From positions 19,098,001 to 19,162,000 of the forward strand of contig NC_087245.1 of NCBI RefSeq assembly GCF_037042905.1: a DNA stretch of 64,000 bases. The letters are read 5' to 3'. The position numbers and the translations under genes were made by a program. Under the pieces are notes generated by a model. The model saw nothing but the letters and a program-made list of their open reading frames with translations, ran no database searches and was not told the DNA's origin. Shown piece after piece: positions 12,501-63,349 of the stretch (position 1 is the first letter of the stretch; each line of letters opens with the position of its first letter). This DNA is from Lytechinus pictus. Its lineage: Eukaryota.

Positions 12501-15500
12501 AATTACGTCAGAGGTGGCCATTGAGGGTAATGTCATTCAGTATCTTTGGATATTTCTGATGTTTGATCCATTAATTCTTATACCAATTCCTTTGGAGAAA
12601 ACTTCTAGCTATTGGTCCCCAGGTGCTATACTTACACTTACATACATGTTTTTGAAATTTTGACGGGAAGAACCAACAAAATATGGTTGTATTTAATATT
12701 GCAGCGATTGATGGAATCGTTTATTTGATCATTGGCAATTGTTCCTTTATTTGATAGATCATGTCTGGACTGAAGTGTACTCCAATTCTCAGCAGAGATG
12801 GCTTCACACGGATCCATGTGAGAACTGCTGTGATAAACCATTGTTGTATGAACACGGCTGGAATAAGAAACTATCCTATATCATTGCATTCTCTTTTGAG
12901 GAGGTGAGGTAGGAGTTATTGGTTGAGTAGTGGTAAATGAGCTGGTGATGACTATTGATAATAATTATGTTGATTTTGCATATCGGTTACAAAATATTGA
13001 GAAGAATAAAAAAAAGATAATATTGATGATGATGAAGATGATGATGGTGGTGATTGTAGTAATTGTGGTTGGTGATGGTGGTGGTGATGATGATGATGGT
13101 GGTGGTGATGATGATGATGATGATGTTGATGATGATGGTGGTGATGATGATGTTGAGGTTGATGGTGATGATGATGATGACAATGTTGATGATGATGATG
13201 TTGATGATGATGATAGTGCTGATGATGATGTTGAGGTTGATGGTGATGATGATGATGACAATGTTGATGATGATGATGATAGTGATAGTGGTGATGATGA
13301 TGATATTGATGGGATGGTAATGATGATGACGATGATGATGTTGATGATGATGATGATGATGGTGATGACATTGATAATAGTGGTGATGCATTGATGATAA
13401 TGATGATGGTTGCATTGATTATTGTCAATAAGGATTTACAAGTACTGGAAAAAAATGGCTGGTAATCTGCTAAGCTGTTTTTCTTTTGACCAATAAGGTG
13501 GTTGATGTGACATGGCGATACACTGCAAAGGAGCAAGAAGTAATTGGAAGGAGGAAAGAATGCAGAGAGAAATGGTTGATGGAATCAATAGCAAAACTCA
13601 ACCAAAGGGTGAGGGATATGTTACTTCTTCCACCATTCCAAGATTGGAATTTAGGTTTGGGATGATAAAACAGTGAGTGATTACACAATGAAATGATCTT
13701 TGGCTTGGCTTTAATGATAACAGATAAAAAAAAGTATAATATACTAATCGGTCCTTGCCTTTTATTTAAATGAGATAAAATGCAGTGATTATAATGTTAA
13801 CACTAATTTTGATAATATAAGTTCTTCCCATGAGATCATTGGGAACTATAATATACTGACCAAAACATTTACACCCCCCTTGCATTTGCATTTGGCAAAT
13901 TTAGTTGTCAGATTGTTCCTTTGAGGGCACTCTCTGTCACTTACCCTGAGATATATAGTGTGTATGTAGTTTGGTGTCCACTAAGTGTAGAGCATAATTA
14001 GTTAACTCCAAATAAAAATAAGAATATACATTGGTGCTAAAAAGTTAGTGAACCCCCAACAGAAAATAAACATATTTAAAAGTGTTCAAAGTCTGCCATC
14101 TTTTTGATATTCAATGTGAAGTCAGGTGATAGAATATTACATTCAGTATACTTTGTTTCTCTGGGCTCGTTGGACATTGTTGCGTTGTTGTTGTCTACTT
14201 TCAACACTCAGCATGAAGGAGTGCATTTGCTGGTGGGGTTCACTAACTTTTTAGCACCACCGTATGCTGGACCCCAAACATATCTGGACAAGGTTATCGT
14301 GATAGAAGCTACATGTGTAATAAAATACAGCAATTTGCATATTCTTTCATTGAGTTGGACAAACGCCTCCACTAGTTCCATCATTTGTATGTATTCTATT
14401 CTTAGAGACAAGCAAACCAAACTGGAGCAAGGAGGAGAGAGCTTGAGGAACGGTTTGGCCATGAGCTGGTAGAGTTCCTCTCACCTAAGACGATACAAGA
14501 TGGAGAGGACCAAGGAAGATTATCAGGGTCTGCTGCTTGGAGGATTACCAGGGGAGAGAGTGGGGCTGGAGCATCAGCAGAGAGCAGTCAGGTCAGTAAT
14601 GTATTATTGAAGCTTCTACCAACAAAGAATTTAGTGGGTTCGCTGTCATGCACTCCTGTGGACTTTCTCAAACCAAGTGATCAGTAACCTTTTCCCCCAT
14701 CTACCATCGAACTCAGTGTAGTCTGATCAGTGAATGATTTTATCCCATCACTGCTAGGATGACAAAATATTTGATCTCACCAAATAAAGTCATCCAAGAA
14801 AGAGGAAACGAAACTGCCATTTCACTGTATCAAATACGATAGTGCATGTAATTTCAGTTTCTAAAGATAGATGGCTTGAATATCAGACAGGACATCACTT
14901 GATGAAGTAGATTATCAAGTCATTGAAATAAAAAAGGGATCCCCAAATGAAAAGATATAAGGTTTATTGCCTCATTAACGATATGCTCAGAGGTGCACCA
15001 TATCTAATTTTCAGGGATTGCCCCTAAAACTTAAATAATTCCAGAGGAAAAAACAAATTTTCAAAGTGAATCTCCTCCATATTGGGTGATTTTGTGTTGG
15101 TGTTGGAAGCACAAGTAAGACGGTATTTTCCATCACCAAGTGATTGAAATTGCATTATTGAGATCTCAACACGTGAGGTTATTATCAGGATCAACTTTAT
15201 TGTAAGTTTGGTGTTGCTGATATATAAAAACTTGGCCCGACATCACCACCAAAAGATCAACACCAAGATTAAAATCAACCACAGGATGTACATGAGAAAG
15301 ATCATTCTGATTTCACTGTGATCACTCCTAAAGAGATGAATTTAAAATCGGTAGCTCTGCCAACTATTGCTTTAGTCATGATTTCCCTGCCAACAACTGC
15401 CACCATACCATTCAATTTGATGAAGGACAGGAATTCCAAATGTAAAATTAGTCATTTAACAAATGATGTGATATGATGCCAAATCTCTGGTGGCAAGTGC

Positions 15501-18500
15501 TGTAACAACTGTAATGTCAGACAATATTGTGGTGTGAGTCATTGGCAGAGGAGCATTTTTGTGGAGTAAACGTTGCATTTTCAGGAGCATTTGTTAACAG
15601 AATTTTGGCTTATTTATTGACTCTTAAAACAGTTTTTCATTGTATCTTAATCAGATCTTCCAAAATTTTCAAGATTTTTGAGCTTTTTCCTGAATTACCT
15701 CCTGTATTATTCTCATTCTCATATTTCCCAGTTGCTCACAATCTACTCTTCACCCATATCTTTTCCACTATTCTATATTCCTTTTCTCTGTGTCAGTAGT
15801 AAAGAATGGATTTGAAGCGGAGGTTGGTTATTATAGATGAAATGGTAATAAGCCCATCTCCACTTACCGACTTTATGCGTGTAGAGACATCCGACAGACA
15901 ATCCTCCAATATATTCAAAGTGTTCCAATTATTGCACGATCCCAGTATTTGATACAAAATCACAGAGATATTCTCACAAAATTAACTTGGCTAGCACAAG
16001 CGGTATTTTGGATTTTTCTCTTAGTGGAATGACAGAGAAAAAAGGGTAGTACGAAAACTCGAATATGAAGGAGAAGATACAATAGATGAATTTGCTCCAA
16101 GTGAGATGATGGAGATCCACATAAGTATTAAGTAATTTGACGACGTTCTCAAAACACGTGTTTACTAAAGTAGAAAACTTTGAGAAGTGTGTCAGAAAGA
16201 AAGTAGTAGTTTTCATCCCAAATGTGATGTTGCGATGTAAACAAAGAGAGAGGGGAGAGAGAGGTACCAATTCAGATAATTTTATAGTGAGTCACAGGTG
16301 AGTGTGCTGTGCTGAGGGTCATTATTGACCACTTGTTGGCATGTTTATTGCTAGGGAGTGGAAGAAACTGGTATCCAAGTGTAATGTCCTCTCGAAGATG
16401 ATGAGTAATAGAAGGCAAAGTTGAGAAATGAAAAAGGATGAAATTTGGAAAATACTACAGATTCATACAATGAACAAAGGTGATGTCAAGAGTCGATTTG
16501 AACTTGATTATTTTGGTGAATAATCTAATGAATTATTTACAGTACAAATATGACAGTAAACTTGCCTGCAGTTGTGTGTGTATGTGGGGGGGGTATATAT
16601 GTATGAAAACATCATTGTCGAGTGGTTCCGACTCTCCCTTTTCAGAAAGAGGTTTTGAAACAGCAGCTTAAACTAAAGCCAGAGAAATTATAATAACTGC
16701 ATCTAAGAGTAGAAGAATTTGTGGTAAACATCTATTACCTAATATTGATACCGTTATTATTATTATTAATATTATTATCATTCTTATTAGTATTGTTATG
16801 GTTATTATTATCATAATTATTAATATGTTAGTAGCAGTAGTAATAGTAGTAGCAGCTGTTGTTGTTATAGTAGTTGTAGTAGTAGTCTTTGTGGTGCTAT
16901 CACCATCATTACTATCATTATCATTATCATCAATTACTGTAAATGTCTTATAACTTTTATCAATAATTATGCTGCAATGAACCTTCAAAAGTTGATACCA
17001 TTGTGTTATTTGTTCATTTTGCTTCCAGACAAAGTTTGTCTTTCGTCCAACTGAATCAGAGAAACGTGAGAAGCTGATTCATGTTCGATACAACACTGCT
17101 AGAGACCGGTACACCAGGATATCAGATGGCAATCAGGAAACAGAGGATTGGGAGAAATGTGTGTTCAGCAGCATCTGTATGTGCAGGAAACATGAGTTTG
17201 ACTGGCAAATGGTAAGATTATAAGGTTTCTGTAGTGTGGTAAGGTTGTGTGTTGTGTTGTGTGGTCTGGTGTGCTTAGATAAAATAGGAGGTGGTGTTGT
17301 TTTGTATGGTATGGTGTGGGTTTGGGTGTAGAGAGGGTGTTGTTCAGTATGGTGTGGTAAGATAGAATAGGTAGTGGTTTTGTTTGGTAGGGTAGGTTGT
17401 GGGTAGTTGTGCAGAGAGTGCTGTCATTTAGTGGCGTGGTACGGTAGAATGGAATTTGCTGTGGTTTAAGAAGGTAGAAACATTGTACACTTGTATGGTA
17501 GGGTTGACTTGAGTAGGGTGTGGTGTGAGGTAGACAAGGACAGTATGATGCAGTCTGTGTTTGTGAGTGGCAGGGAAGAATGTGACAAGGTTTCCTAAGT
17601 AGGATAAGGGTACATTGCCATGAGGTGTGGTCCGGGGTGTGGTAAGGTTACATGTGAAATGGTACAATCAGGGAATTCACACTTCTCTGGTACATGTATT
17701 ATGAAGCCAAGACTGCTAGATTATGTTCAATTGTCGCGTGTACAGCCATAAAAAAACTACATGTACTGTCACAATCTTGTCCTTTCTAGGTATACCTTGC
17801 AAGACAAGAAAATACAGACAGGGGCTGGATATCCTGGAAGTTTGATACGAGTGGGTCAGGTATGGTGGTCGATAGGATCAAAGTTCGTGCTAGCAGCAAG
17901 ACCTATGAAAATGCACAAGTCAAATGGACATTGGAGGGGGATGGCAGTTCATCAAGTCTTAACGGATCAGGTAATTTTCAATTCAAAGAAAACTTACAGG
18001 ATATACATGTAATATTTGACAAGTACTTTATACTTGTTTGTCCAGACTGGCCATAGATACATGTATATTCTCGACATGATTGGTTATCTTGTATTACTTT
18101 TATTGTGAAATTGAGCAAGTTTTTCATCAAAATATTATAACTTGGTTTTATCATTACATTATATTACACAGGTGTAGCCACTTTCATCATGTTTACTTTA
18201 TTGTTTTTAATGAAGAGAAAAAAAAGTTCTGTATATCTCTTGAGGAATTCCAATATGAAGCAAATAGTGATTGGTAAACTATCAGTAGTCTGAGGTGATC
18301 AGGATATCTTTCCAAAACAATACTGAGGAACAATATATATTGTTTGAGATCAGTAAGAAGATGACTATACATCTCATCACCTGAAATGAAAGGAGATCAC
18401 TTGCTGAGTATAACACATTTGAAATTATTTATTGACAGAAAGACATTCTTTATGAAATATAGTCTAGTGTCAGTGGATTATCTAATGATGAATTGATTTT

Positions 18501-18683
18501 AATTTAATTTTGATTTCAGATTCTATTATTGAAGTAACAGACTTGGCTGGATCTATTCATCTAGAGTTGAAGGCAGAGTTAAGCGGAGGATCAATGTGGC
18601 AGCATACACAGCTCTTCAGACAGGAAGACGGAGCGAACAATGAATACCCTCTAGATATCTCTATCTACCTCAAAGAGGGTTAA
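3425..18683 (+). CDS. NGLY1: Peptide-N(4)-(N-acetyl-beta-glucosaminyl)asparagine amidase (peptide:N-glycanase), complete 12-exon gene, about 613 aa
   Basis: Exons 3425-3537, 8136-8250, 9925-10050, 10609-10771, 11177-11408, 11788-11909, 12758-12903, 13498-13608, 14406-14591, 17029-17211, 17790-17970, 18520-18683. All introns are GT-AG, phases match, total 1842 nt. PUB domain ([22 protein letters not shown]); Zn pairs CSSC/CPRC; catalytic triad Cys ([12 protein letters not shown]), His (DHVWTEVY), Asp (WLHTDPCE); PAW domain ending WQHTQLFRQ. Recognised from recalled human NGLY1. Confidence 0.97.
4549..7230. repeat. Foldback-like structure with about 510-bp diverged inverted arms (4549-5055 and about 6705-7230)
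   Basis: The arms are reverse complements, e.g. ctgttcgataggaaaaattcgcatttc vs gaaatgcgaatttttcctatcgaacag; outer termini AGAGGGCGCG / CGCGCCCTCT. Confidence 0.85.
5190..5930. repeat. Degenerate tandem array (about 125-bp unit with poly-G/poly-T tracts)
   Basis: Recurring ggggcttgccaaat...acaaaatgaccttc...tttttagtgac units. Confidence 0.75.
8136..8250 (+). CDS. NGLY1: NGLY1 exon 2 (PUB domain)
   Basis: [38 protein letters not shown]; ttccag/gtacaa. Confidence 0.93.
8793..9862 (+). mobile_element. Helentron/HINE (DINE-1/pearl/Tsp-like) non-autonomous element with internal array of about 6 x 150-190-bp units
   Basis: 5' GTCTCACCTGCAT (8793-8805) and perfect subterminal inverted copy ATGCAGGTGAGAC (9828-9840) followed by a short 3' extension; T-rich insertion site; tandem units containing tagttcatgaaacttggacataag...aaggtca. 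Confidence 0.7.
9925..10050 (+). CDS. NGLY1: NGLY1 exon 3
   Basis: [42 protein letters not shown]; phase 0-0, caacag/gtaact. Confidence 0.8.
10609..10771 (+). CDS. NGLY1: NGLY1 exon 4
   Basis: [39 protein letters not shown]...; matches HVLVYENPALQEKA region. Confidence 0.9.
11177..11408 (+). CDS. NGLY1: NGLY1 exon 5 (Zn-binding CxxC pairs)
   Basis: [27 protein letters not shown]...[12 protein letters not shown]. Confidence 0.95.
11788..11909 (+). CDS. NGLY1: NGLY1 exon 6 (catalytic Cys)
   Basis: [40 protein letters not shown]. Confidence 0.96.
12758..12903 (+). CDS. NGLY1: NGLY1 exon 7 (catalytic His and Asp)
   Basis: [49 protein letters not shown]. Confidence 0.96.
13020..13410. repeat. 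(GAT/GGT)n imperfect microsatellite in NGLY1 intron 7
   Basis: Visible trinucleotide repeat; source of the spurious poly-D/H/M ORFs. Confidence 0.95.
13498..13608 (+). CDS. NGLY1: NGLY1 exon 8
   Basis: [40 protein letters not shown] acceptor. Confidence 0.93.
14029..14262. mobile_element. Tc1/mariner-like MITE (TA target duplication)
   Basis: TA|CATTGGTGCTAAAAAGTTAGTGAACCCC ... GGGGTTCACTAACTTTTTAGCACCACCG|TA. Confidence 0.8.
14406..14591 (+). CDS. NGLY1: NGLY1 exon 9
   Basis: [29 protein letters not shown]...[15 protein letters not shown]. Confidence 0.93.
16750..16935. repeat. Mixed (ATT)/(GTA)/(ATC)n microsatellite
   Basis: Visible trinucleotide runs. Confidence 0.8.
17029..17211 (+). 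CDS. NGLY1: NGLY1 exon 10 (PAW domain)
   Basis: [35 protein letters not shown]...RKHEFDWQM. Confidence 0.93.
17225..17660. repeat. G/T-rich low-complexity (GTGTG/GGT) region
   Basis: Degenerate pentamer repeats in NGLY1 intron 10. Confidence 0.6.
17790..17970 (+). CDS. NGLY1: NGLY1 exon 11 (PAW domain)
   Basis: [40 protein letters not shown]... Confidence 0.93.
18520..18683 (+). CDS. NGLY1: NGLY1 exon 12 (end of PAW, stop TAA)
   Basis: ...[40 protein letters not shown]. Confidence 0.93.
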
Positions 18684-21600
18684 AACAATTTGTGGGAAAG
18701 TCTAATAACTAATACTTCTCTACGGTGTAATGGCAGTATTAATTACTGGTCCAAAGTCAATTTTTTTTCTATGTGTGTCAGTAAGGTTAAAGAACACTTG
18801 TACATGTCAAATTAAGTCCCAGTGTAATTCTACTATACAGGTTGAACTCATATTGGTTATACTATATTCCAGTCATTACCATGTCGTGCGAAACGTCAAT
18901 AATCTAAAGCCTTATGGAACACTCGCCTGGTTATTCTTTTATTATTTCAATATTATGTTCTGAATATGATTTGCACACTTTCATCCTGTCATTGTCTTAT
19001 TCGAGTCATACTCGTTCATGTTAACACAAACACTACATGATCTGTACTTTAAGTTCATGAGCATTAGTATTCGCATGTTACTTGGATCAAAACAGAATTG
19101 TTGACTATTGGCAATTTATGTTGTTTAGTGCCCAGGGTTCCCTTTTTGGAAAAAATCACATTTTGTGTCAGGATCAATATTATTTGGGTGTTCATAACAT
19201 GGCATATTAAAGGTAACTTATTTGTGATGTAAGTTATCAGAAAGTTTCCTTCTATAGCAAAAAGTTGTAATCATGTACTGTAAAGGATGACTGCACTGTG
19301 TTCATCTTAATGAAGATATTTTTTATCACCAGTAATTCAATATTGAAAAGACTGAGATTTTTTGCAATTAGATATTTAAAAATTGAAGGATAGTTTGATT
19401 TTTTTTTCAATTCATTTTTATTCATATGAGTCACAATGTAATCCTAAACTTATACATACAATCTCTTAAATTTGATATAAATTAAACTTTTCTAATCAGG
19501 AACATGCAATACAACAGATATGTGAAAATGAAGTATTCATGTACAGGGTAACTTGGCTTTATCGTATGAACTTATGTCACATGGATCATTTGTTTTGGGT
19601 TAGCTTTCAGAATCATTGTCATTACCAATGTTTTATTACCCTTGGTTATTCCATCCAGACCCTGTCAGTTATGTTTATTCAATCACTCAGAAAACATTCC
19701 AAAAAAAAAAAAAAGCTTTTGATTGTGCGACAAATATAACTTTTGAGAGAGAGAGAGAGAGAGAGAGAGGGGGAAGGGGTGGGGGTAGAAAATGGGGGAG
19801 GGAAGAGAAGATGAAGCCTGCAAAATATTTATTTAGTTTTATCGACTTGATTTGTAAATAAATTTATATTGGTATTTGTACATGTAAATGTATTAATATT
19901 GAATCTAAATTCAATTTGCAAGAGATTTCTTTCACAAGCTTACAATTTTTAGATTATTGTTTTCAAAAGCACATTGTTTTATTTACAATGTAGTTATATT
20001 TATTGTGATACATGCATTCATGTGTCAGACATTATTCATGTTTTACAAACCTTCATTTTAATTGAATTTGAAAGGAAGGAATTATATGATTTCGAACAAA
20101 TTTATTTCAACTTCTAGTCTAAGGCTTATGCCATCAGCATTTTTTTTAGCAATATAAATTCATACAAACATGTTTAAGATTTGTATTTTCATTTCAGTAA
20201 GCATTTCTAGATGTATTTCAGCTTTTATTTTTACAGCACAGATCTATATATGGTGTATGGGAATGTATTTGAATTTTAAAGTGTAAACCGATATGTTTAT
20301 ATGGATGATGTCACTATGATATCGTTATGATAAAATGGTAATTTATAAAGTACTGAAGATACATATTCAGGTTGGTTTATATAAAGCAGTATTAAATATG
20401 TTGATCATTAAAAAAATCAATATTCAAGTTCTGTGTTTCAATTTATTTATTTTCACAGAAAAAAAACAACACAAGTGATATTTCCTGAAATAAAGATCTT
20501 TAATTCCTCTATTCATCAATATATAAATTACACCATATGAATCATGTACTCATTGGTCGGATATTCTGATTGTACACCTTCTCAAAGGAATATAAAATGC
20601 ATATTCTTTCAATTATCTTCTTGCTTTTATACAAATATTCTACATACATAGTGGCATCTTATCCCTCATACAGAATACAATATAAAGAAATAGATTTAGT
20701 CTCCCTCACATTATAAGCAATTCTAAATGTTAAAATCATAAAAATAATAGAGCTTTTAAATGAATAATCCTTGTAAATTTGACCTCTACACAATAACCTT
20801 GCAAAAATCACCTTGGGTGAGTTTTAAAATGGTGTTGGGCATTGGTGTTAAACTCAGGCTGTTGAAATGAGCTCCACCGACAGATTTACACATTGATATT
20901 TGTGTTATAAAAGCCTCAACCAGAGTAGTGTTATCTAAACACCAGCCATATGTACACTTTAATTTGGATATTGTGGCTGGTGTTTGATTTGCCTCAATGC
21001 CAGTGTTCAACACCATACCTGAAGTTATCCCATCACCAGTGTAAGAGATGGCCGGCCTTGCATAAGTAAAATAACCATCTCAAATAAAATAATCATTACA
21101 AGTCGAATACTTGTCTGAAGAGTCTATTCATGACTGAGCACTTCCACAAAATTTGCCTATTCCATGAAATATTCAACTTTTTTGTACATCCGACCCCCTT
21201 TTTCTCAAGTCATACTTTACTTCATAAACTGACCAAGTCATGGTCCTTTGGGAACATTACAGACTTTCATAAGAACCAGAAATCAGAGACAGAAAATTTC
21301 ATGAAGGTCTCACATACATGGAGTTGGACGTACATATTTCATGGAATTGGCCTTTTATTAAAATGAATTTGCTGAGAATTTTAGAAAAACTAAAACAAAA
21401 ACACTGAACCCTGTTTGCTATCAAAACCTGACAGCCTTGGTACAGTGTACTTCATTAGTTGACAGGTTGTAGGTGAAGTCTACCACAACAAAAAGTTTAT
21501 TTACATAAAAAAAACAAATCAAACTAGCATGGGACTGAAAATTTCATCAATGTTGGATGTAAAAGAAGAAAGTAGTAGAATCATGATGAACAGCTTCACA

Positions 21601-24600
21601 AAACCCCAACCCGGTACGTTACAAAGGAGCCCTCGTAAACTCCTTTGAAATTCCAATACAAAATTATTTGGCATGAACGGAAATAGGACATCCCCCGTTC
21701 AGAATACTTTTTCGGAGTTAATACCAATAGTCATAGGACAACCTTTTTAAAGAGTCTATACATCCTGTAAGTTTAAAGGGCAGATTGCATAAATTCTAGT
21801 TAATGTACCATTACCCTCTATGCGTAGGGTTAGGAAAAGGTGAATTGAGTACACCGTGGGGCTCATGACCAAGATTAGACCAAAATTAGAAGCAGTGTCA
21901 TCTTGAATACTTACTATATTATAGAGTGAGGAAAGTCCTGGATCTCATCTCATCCATGTACATGCCCAGTAAAGACATGATATACAGTATATCACGTTAT
22001 TTGTTCATATATAAATGACATTTCAAAGGTTAGGCGATGATGTAACCACTTTCCCAGTGTATTAATCATTATGAATTGATGACGATTGTAACCAGTTTTA
22101 TTCAATCTACATTATACATACCATAGTCCATAACAAATGTTTGAGTGTGAATCCGTTAGATACAATTAGGAATTCAGTTTGCAGTAGTGTAGAACAAGGA
22201 TTGACCTAGAACCACAAATTATTTCATCCTTATCCATCTTTGACCTAGCTGAACTCGTATGCAATCCCAAATTACATTTAAACACTACTTTACTATCCAA
22301 TTCATCTTTTTTTAAAGATTTTTATTTGGTACAAAACATGCATGCCATAGCAATTCGTAATTCACCTAAAATATAATGAAATATAAAACTTATATACTGT
22401 AAAATTGTCCCAAAATCTGTAAGATTTAAGCCACAATAGTAAGATGCATTTATCACAATCAATCACATGCTGTGAAATCAACAATCAGACATAAATTTTG
22501 TCACATACAGCATGATATTTCTTCTTCGCATAGGAAACAACAATTATGGAAAACATTATAATAGTACAAATAATTTGAACTCTTTATACCATAGAAGTAT
22601 TACTACTATACACTGGTACATAAATATTGCAATAAGACTTTGGAATGAATACAATCTACAAGACAAAGGAGTGGCAGGAAAAGCTCGGGAAAATACACAA
22701 GAGGAACAAACGTCAAGAAATCCATTTGTTCAATACCTCTTTGAAAAGGTAACACAGCAATCGAAACCCAGAATGAAACTCTAAAAATTTGTGCAAGTTT
22801 TTGGTACACCTTTTTAAGTACAAGAATAAGGTAAGGTATGGTGAGAAGATATATGGGAAAGAGCATAGTAGTAATCCAATCAAAATGAATATTAACTAGT
22901 AATATGGTGCTTAATTCTACAGGTTGCCATGACTTGCTATTACTACAGCTCAGCTGGGAAACTAACTGCAATGATCAAGGCTTACAATGAATTTCTTTCT
23001 ACCGGCACCCATTCACACCCGGGTAGAGAGCGGAAAATTCAGATAAAAATCTTGCCAAGGGACATTAACATATCACAATGTAAATAGCATAATCACACAA
23101 AGAACATCATAGCTTGGTGATTTACATTCCAAGACATAATATCAAATCAATAAACACTTTTAATTAATACTTAAAAAAACAAAAGGTACGACAGCTTTCA
23201 GAAAATGTATTTCTTGAAACCATCGAAGGCAGATATGTAGCAAATAAAGGCTAAATAATTGGCTGCACCTACAACATTTAGAAAAAAAAAAAACTTTTTC
23301 ATCATCTCCAGTTCCTTATTAGATACAAAATTAGGCATTGAAACAATAAAGGCAATACAAATTGAAATTATACAATTTTTCAATATTTTTTTCAATGCAT
23401 GGTAACAATTGTCTTTTTATCTAAAGCAAATACAAACTTTTCATTGAACTGCTATGATATAAAATTAATGTAATATCATTTCTTATTAATTTCCACCTAC
23501 ACGTACATTCATAACCTCCATAAAATAATAAAAGATAATGGTAATTTGAAAAATATATGTTCATTGAGATCTGGGGGAATAAAGGCATATTGTCAAGTGG
23601 ATAACTTGCCAAAGACTGTCCATATAATATGACATCGACCTGGTGATTTTACTTTCTATTTGTTCTTTCTTAATGTCCAGGCATATTCCTAACGGTCCAC
23701 TCTATCATGCCGTGATTCCAAAACAATACAATGTTCTATATATCAAAGAATATATTCTTGTACAATACTCCACAAAACTAAATGACTACAACAAAAATAT
23801 AAAAATATTCTATGTGTTGGACAGTATAGCAGTAAACCACCAGCAAAATCTAGCTTCACTACAATATGATATATAAATCTGTTTAAAAATCCACTTTTTG
23901 AGAATATTTGCACTTGGATATTTCAATTCACACAACGTTTACAGCAAAGTAAAGCCACTTTTTAATGAGATATGTTACCTACAATAACACACCACTTATA
24001 ATGTACAGGTATAAACAATTCCAGTACAGCAAAAATATCAATATAATCTTGTTATTACTCAAATTCAATAAGAATCAAATCTTGAATCACACAAATATAT
24101 CAACCACTTGGTAAGTAGCTATTTAATTTGGCTTTACTTGGTATCCTTGATAAATAAATATACATAAAAGTAACTCTTGCCACCTCGCTTAAAACTCCCA
24201 TCCACGTCACAAAACTACTAACTTAATTGATGTAAACTGTGATATCAACTGTCTCCACAAATAAATAAACAAGAGTCCACAAGAGTCAGAAATACAAAAA
24301 CTCAATCTTGACACCAAGCTGCTTCCAACTTTAAACTGAACAGATAAACATGATGGCATGAATTCACAAAGGTAGTTTTTTAATCCATGGTCCCACTCTA
24401 TGACATAGGTAGATGTTATGCATTATGCTTAAAGTTCATTGAGTATGATGAGGAAAGAGTCAAATAATGAATGCATGCTTTTGTCCTGGGTACTAAATTC
24501 ACAATTGTTGCTTATGGCTCGAGTCCACTCTTTACATTATGTTGGCTAATTCATGTTCAACCACTGCAATTTACATTAAGCATCATGTTACAAGCATATA

Positions 24601-25897
24601 CTTTCACCTTTGGTATCTCTCTCAATCATATGCTCTATTAAATAAATGTACATAGATTTCAACAATATAGAGAAATCAAAATCCAGATATTGAGTTTCAA
24701 AACTCCATTAGTAGAAAGAGTTAAGCGGCAATGTTTCATTTATCTGTGCAAAATTCCCCCAGACTTTCATCGATTTATAGACACAAACTTGTTTCCAATT
24801 TAAAACCATCCCTGAGATTTGAAGTCGTTTACAAACAAGCATTCCGTTTCCTTCTTTTCTGATCCTTAAATTGGCAATATCAGATGATGCATTACATGCA
24901 GCTACATTTGACATCCTCAGCACTATAAATATGACCTCTCTATTAAAGTACTGAAATAAGTAAATCTTTTTGCAATGCAAGATTAATAATCAGCTGAGTA
25001 TCAAATGACAACAAATAAAGTTTATTTTAGTTTTTTTTCTACACTTTTATCATTCTACACAGTTATCGTTGGAAAAACAGAATTAGGTTTTACAAAATCT
25101 TGTGAATTTTTTGTACGGATTTTGTACAGAGTGAGCATTAAAAGCAAGGAATTTTTAAAAATGACAGAAAGAAGTACATTTATGCAATAAATGACTGCCT
25201 AGAATAGTTACTTAAATAAAACAGAACATCCTGAAAAACCTCACTTTATCCAACTGTGTATGACATGCTATTGAGTTTATGGTTTGTGTGTGCAGCATAT
25301 ATAGTAAAATAACATTTTACAGATGTGACCTTCTTCAATAATGCAAGACCTTTAACTCAACCCTTGAAGATATAGGTCTCTGACATCAATAGTTTATCTC
25401 CACTTCACTAATAACATATGACCATATCTTGACCAGTATATGATATAATTTCACCTATTCTTGACCAATATTTGACATAATTTGACCTCATTTGACCTGT
25501 AGTTCATTCCTTAACCTGATTTCAGGACCTCTTGACCTATGTTTGACCTCATCTGACCTCTCCTTCATTCTATAACTCTCAAAAATGACTTCATGAGCTC
25601 TATCTTGACCTATATTTGACCTGATCTCACCCATACGTAACACTGAAACTTCAAAACCTCCTCTTGACCCATTTTTGACCTCTATTTTACATCCTTTACT
25701 GTCGGAAACAGCTCATAAATCAACAAAAATAGGAGAAGCTAGCATTGCGACTACGAACATAAATGATCCTGCTTTACAGAGTTGAATCTATGTGCATTGG
25801 TCCTTGGTTAGTCTGCGGAGTCTTGTATGAAAGGCATCATGGTTGATTACAAGCTTGGAAGACGCAATGATTTCTTAGCCCCTGAGCAGGGTTTGTT

Positions 25898-63022
<37,125 letters not shown>

Positions 63023-63349
63023 CTGTAGGTAAACCGTGATATAAAGCATAGAGTTACTTCAGTATTCTTCTTTCACGAAGATTTAGCTCAGAAATCAAGT
63101 ACATGCAGATCTCTCTCAATAACACACAATCCAATGGAGATAATCAATGTATGAATCAGAAAGGACTAAGAATATTCCTCATTTAATCATGCAGGGAGTC
63201 TCCATTTTAATAAGGAGGCTTGGAAAATGTAATCTAGCTCTAGAGTGAATTAGTCAAAGACCGACAAGTAAAATGAAAAGGAATGCATCCCAACATCTAA
63301 CATAAATGTTACAATGATACATGCATTCAGGAATGTTATAATAGTTCCC

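Noticed and set aside
12930..13536. Poly-Asp/His/Met/Ser ORFs (also 50898-51179 and 60108-60380)
   Set aside because: Translations of (GAT/CAT)n microsatellites inside introns; open in several frames at once.
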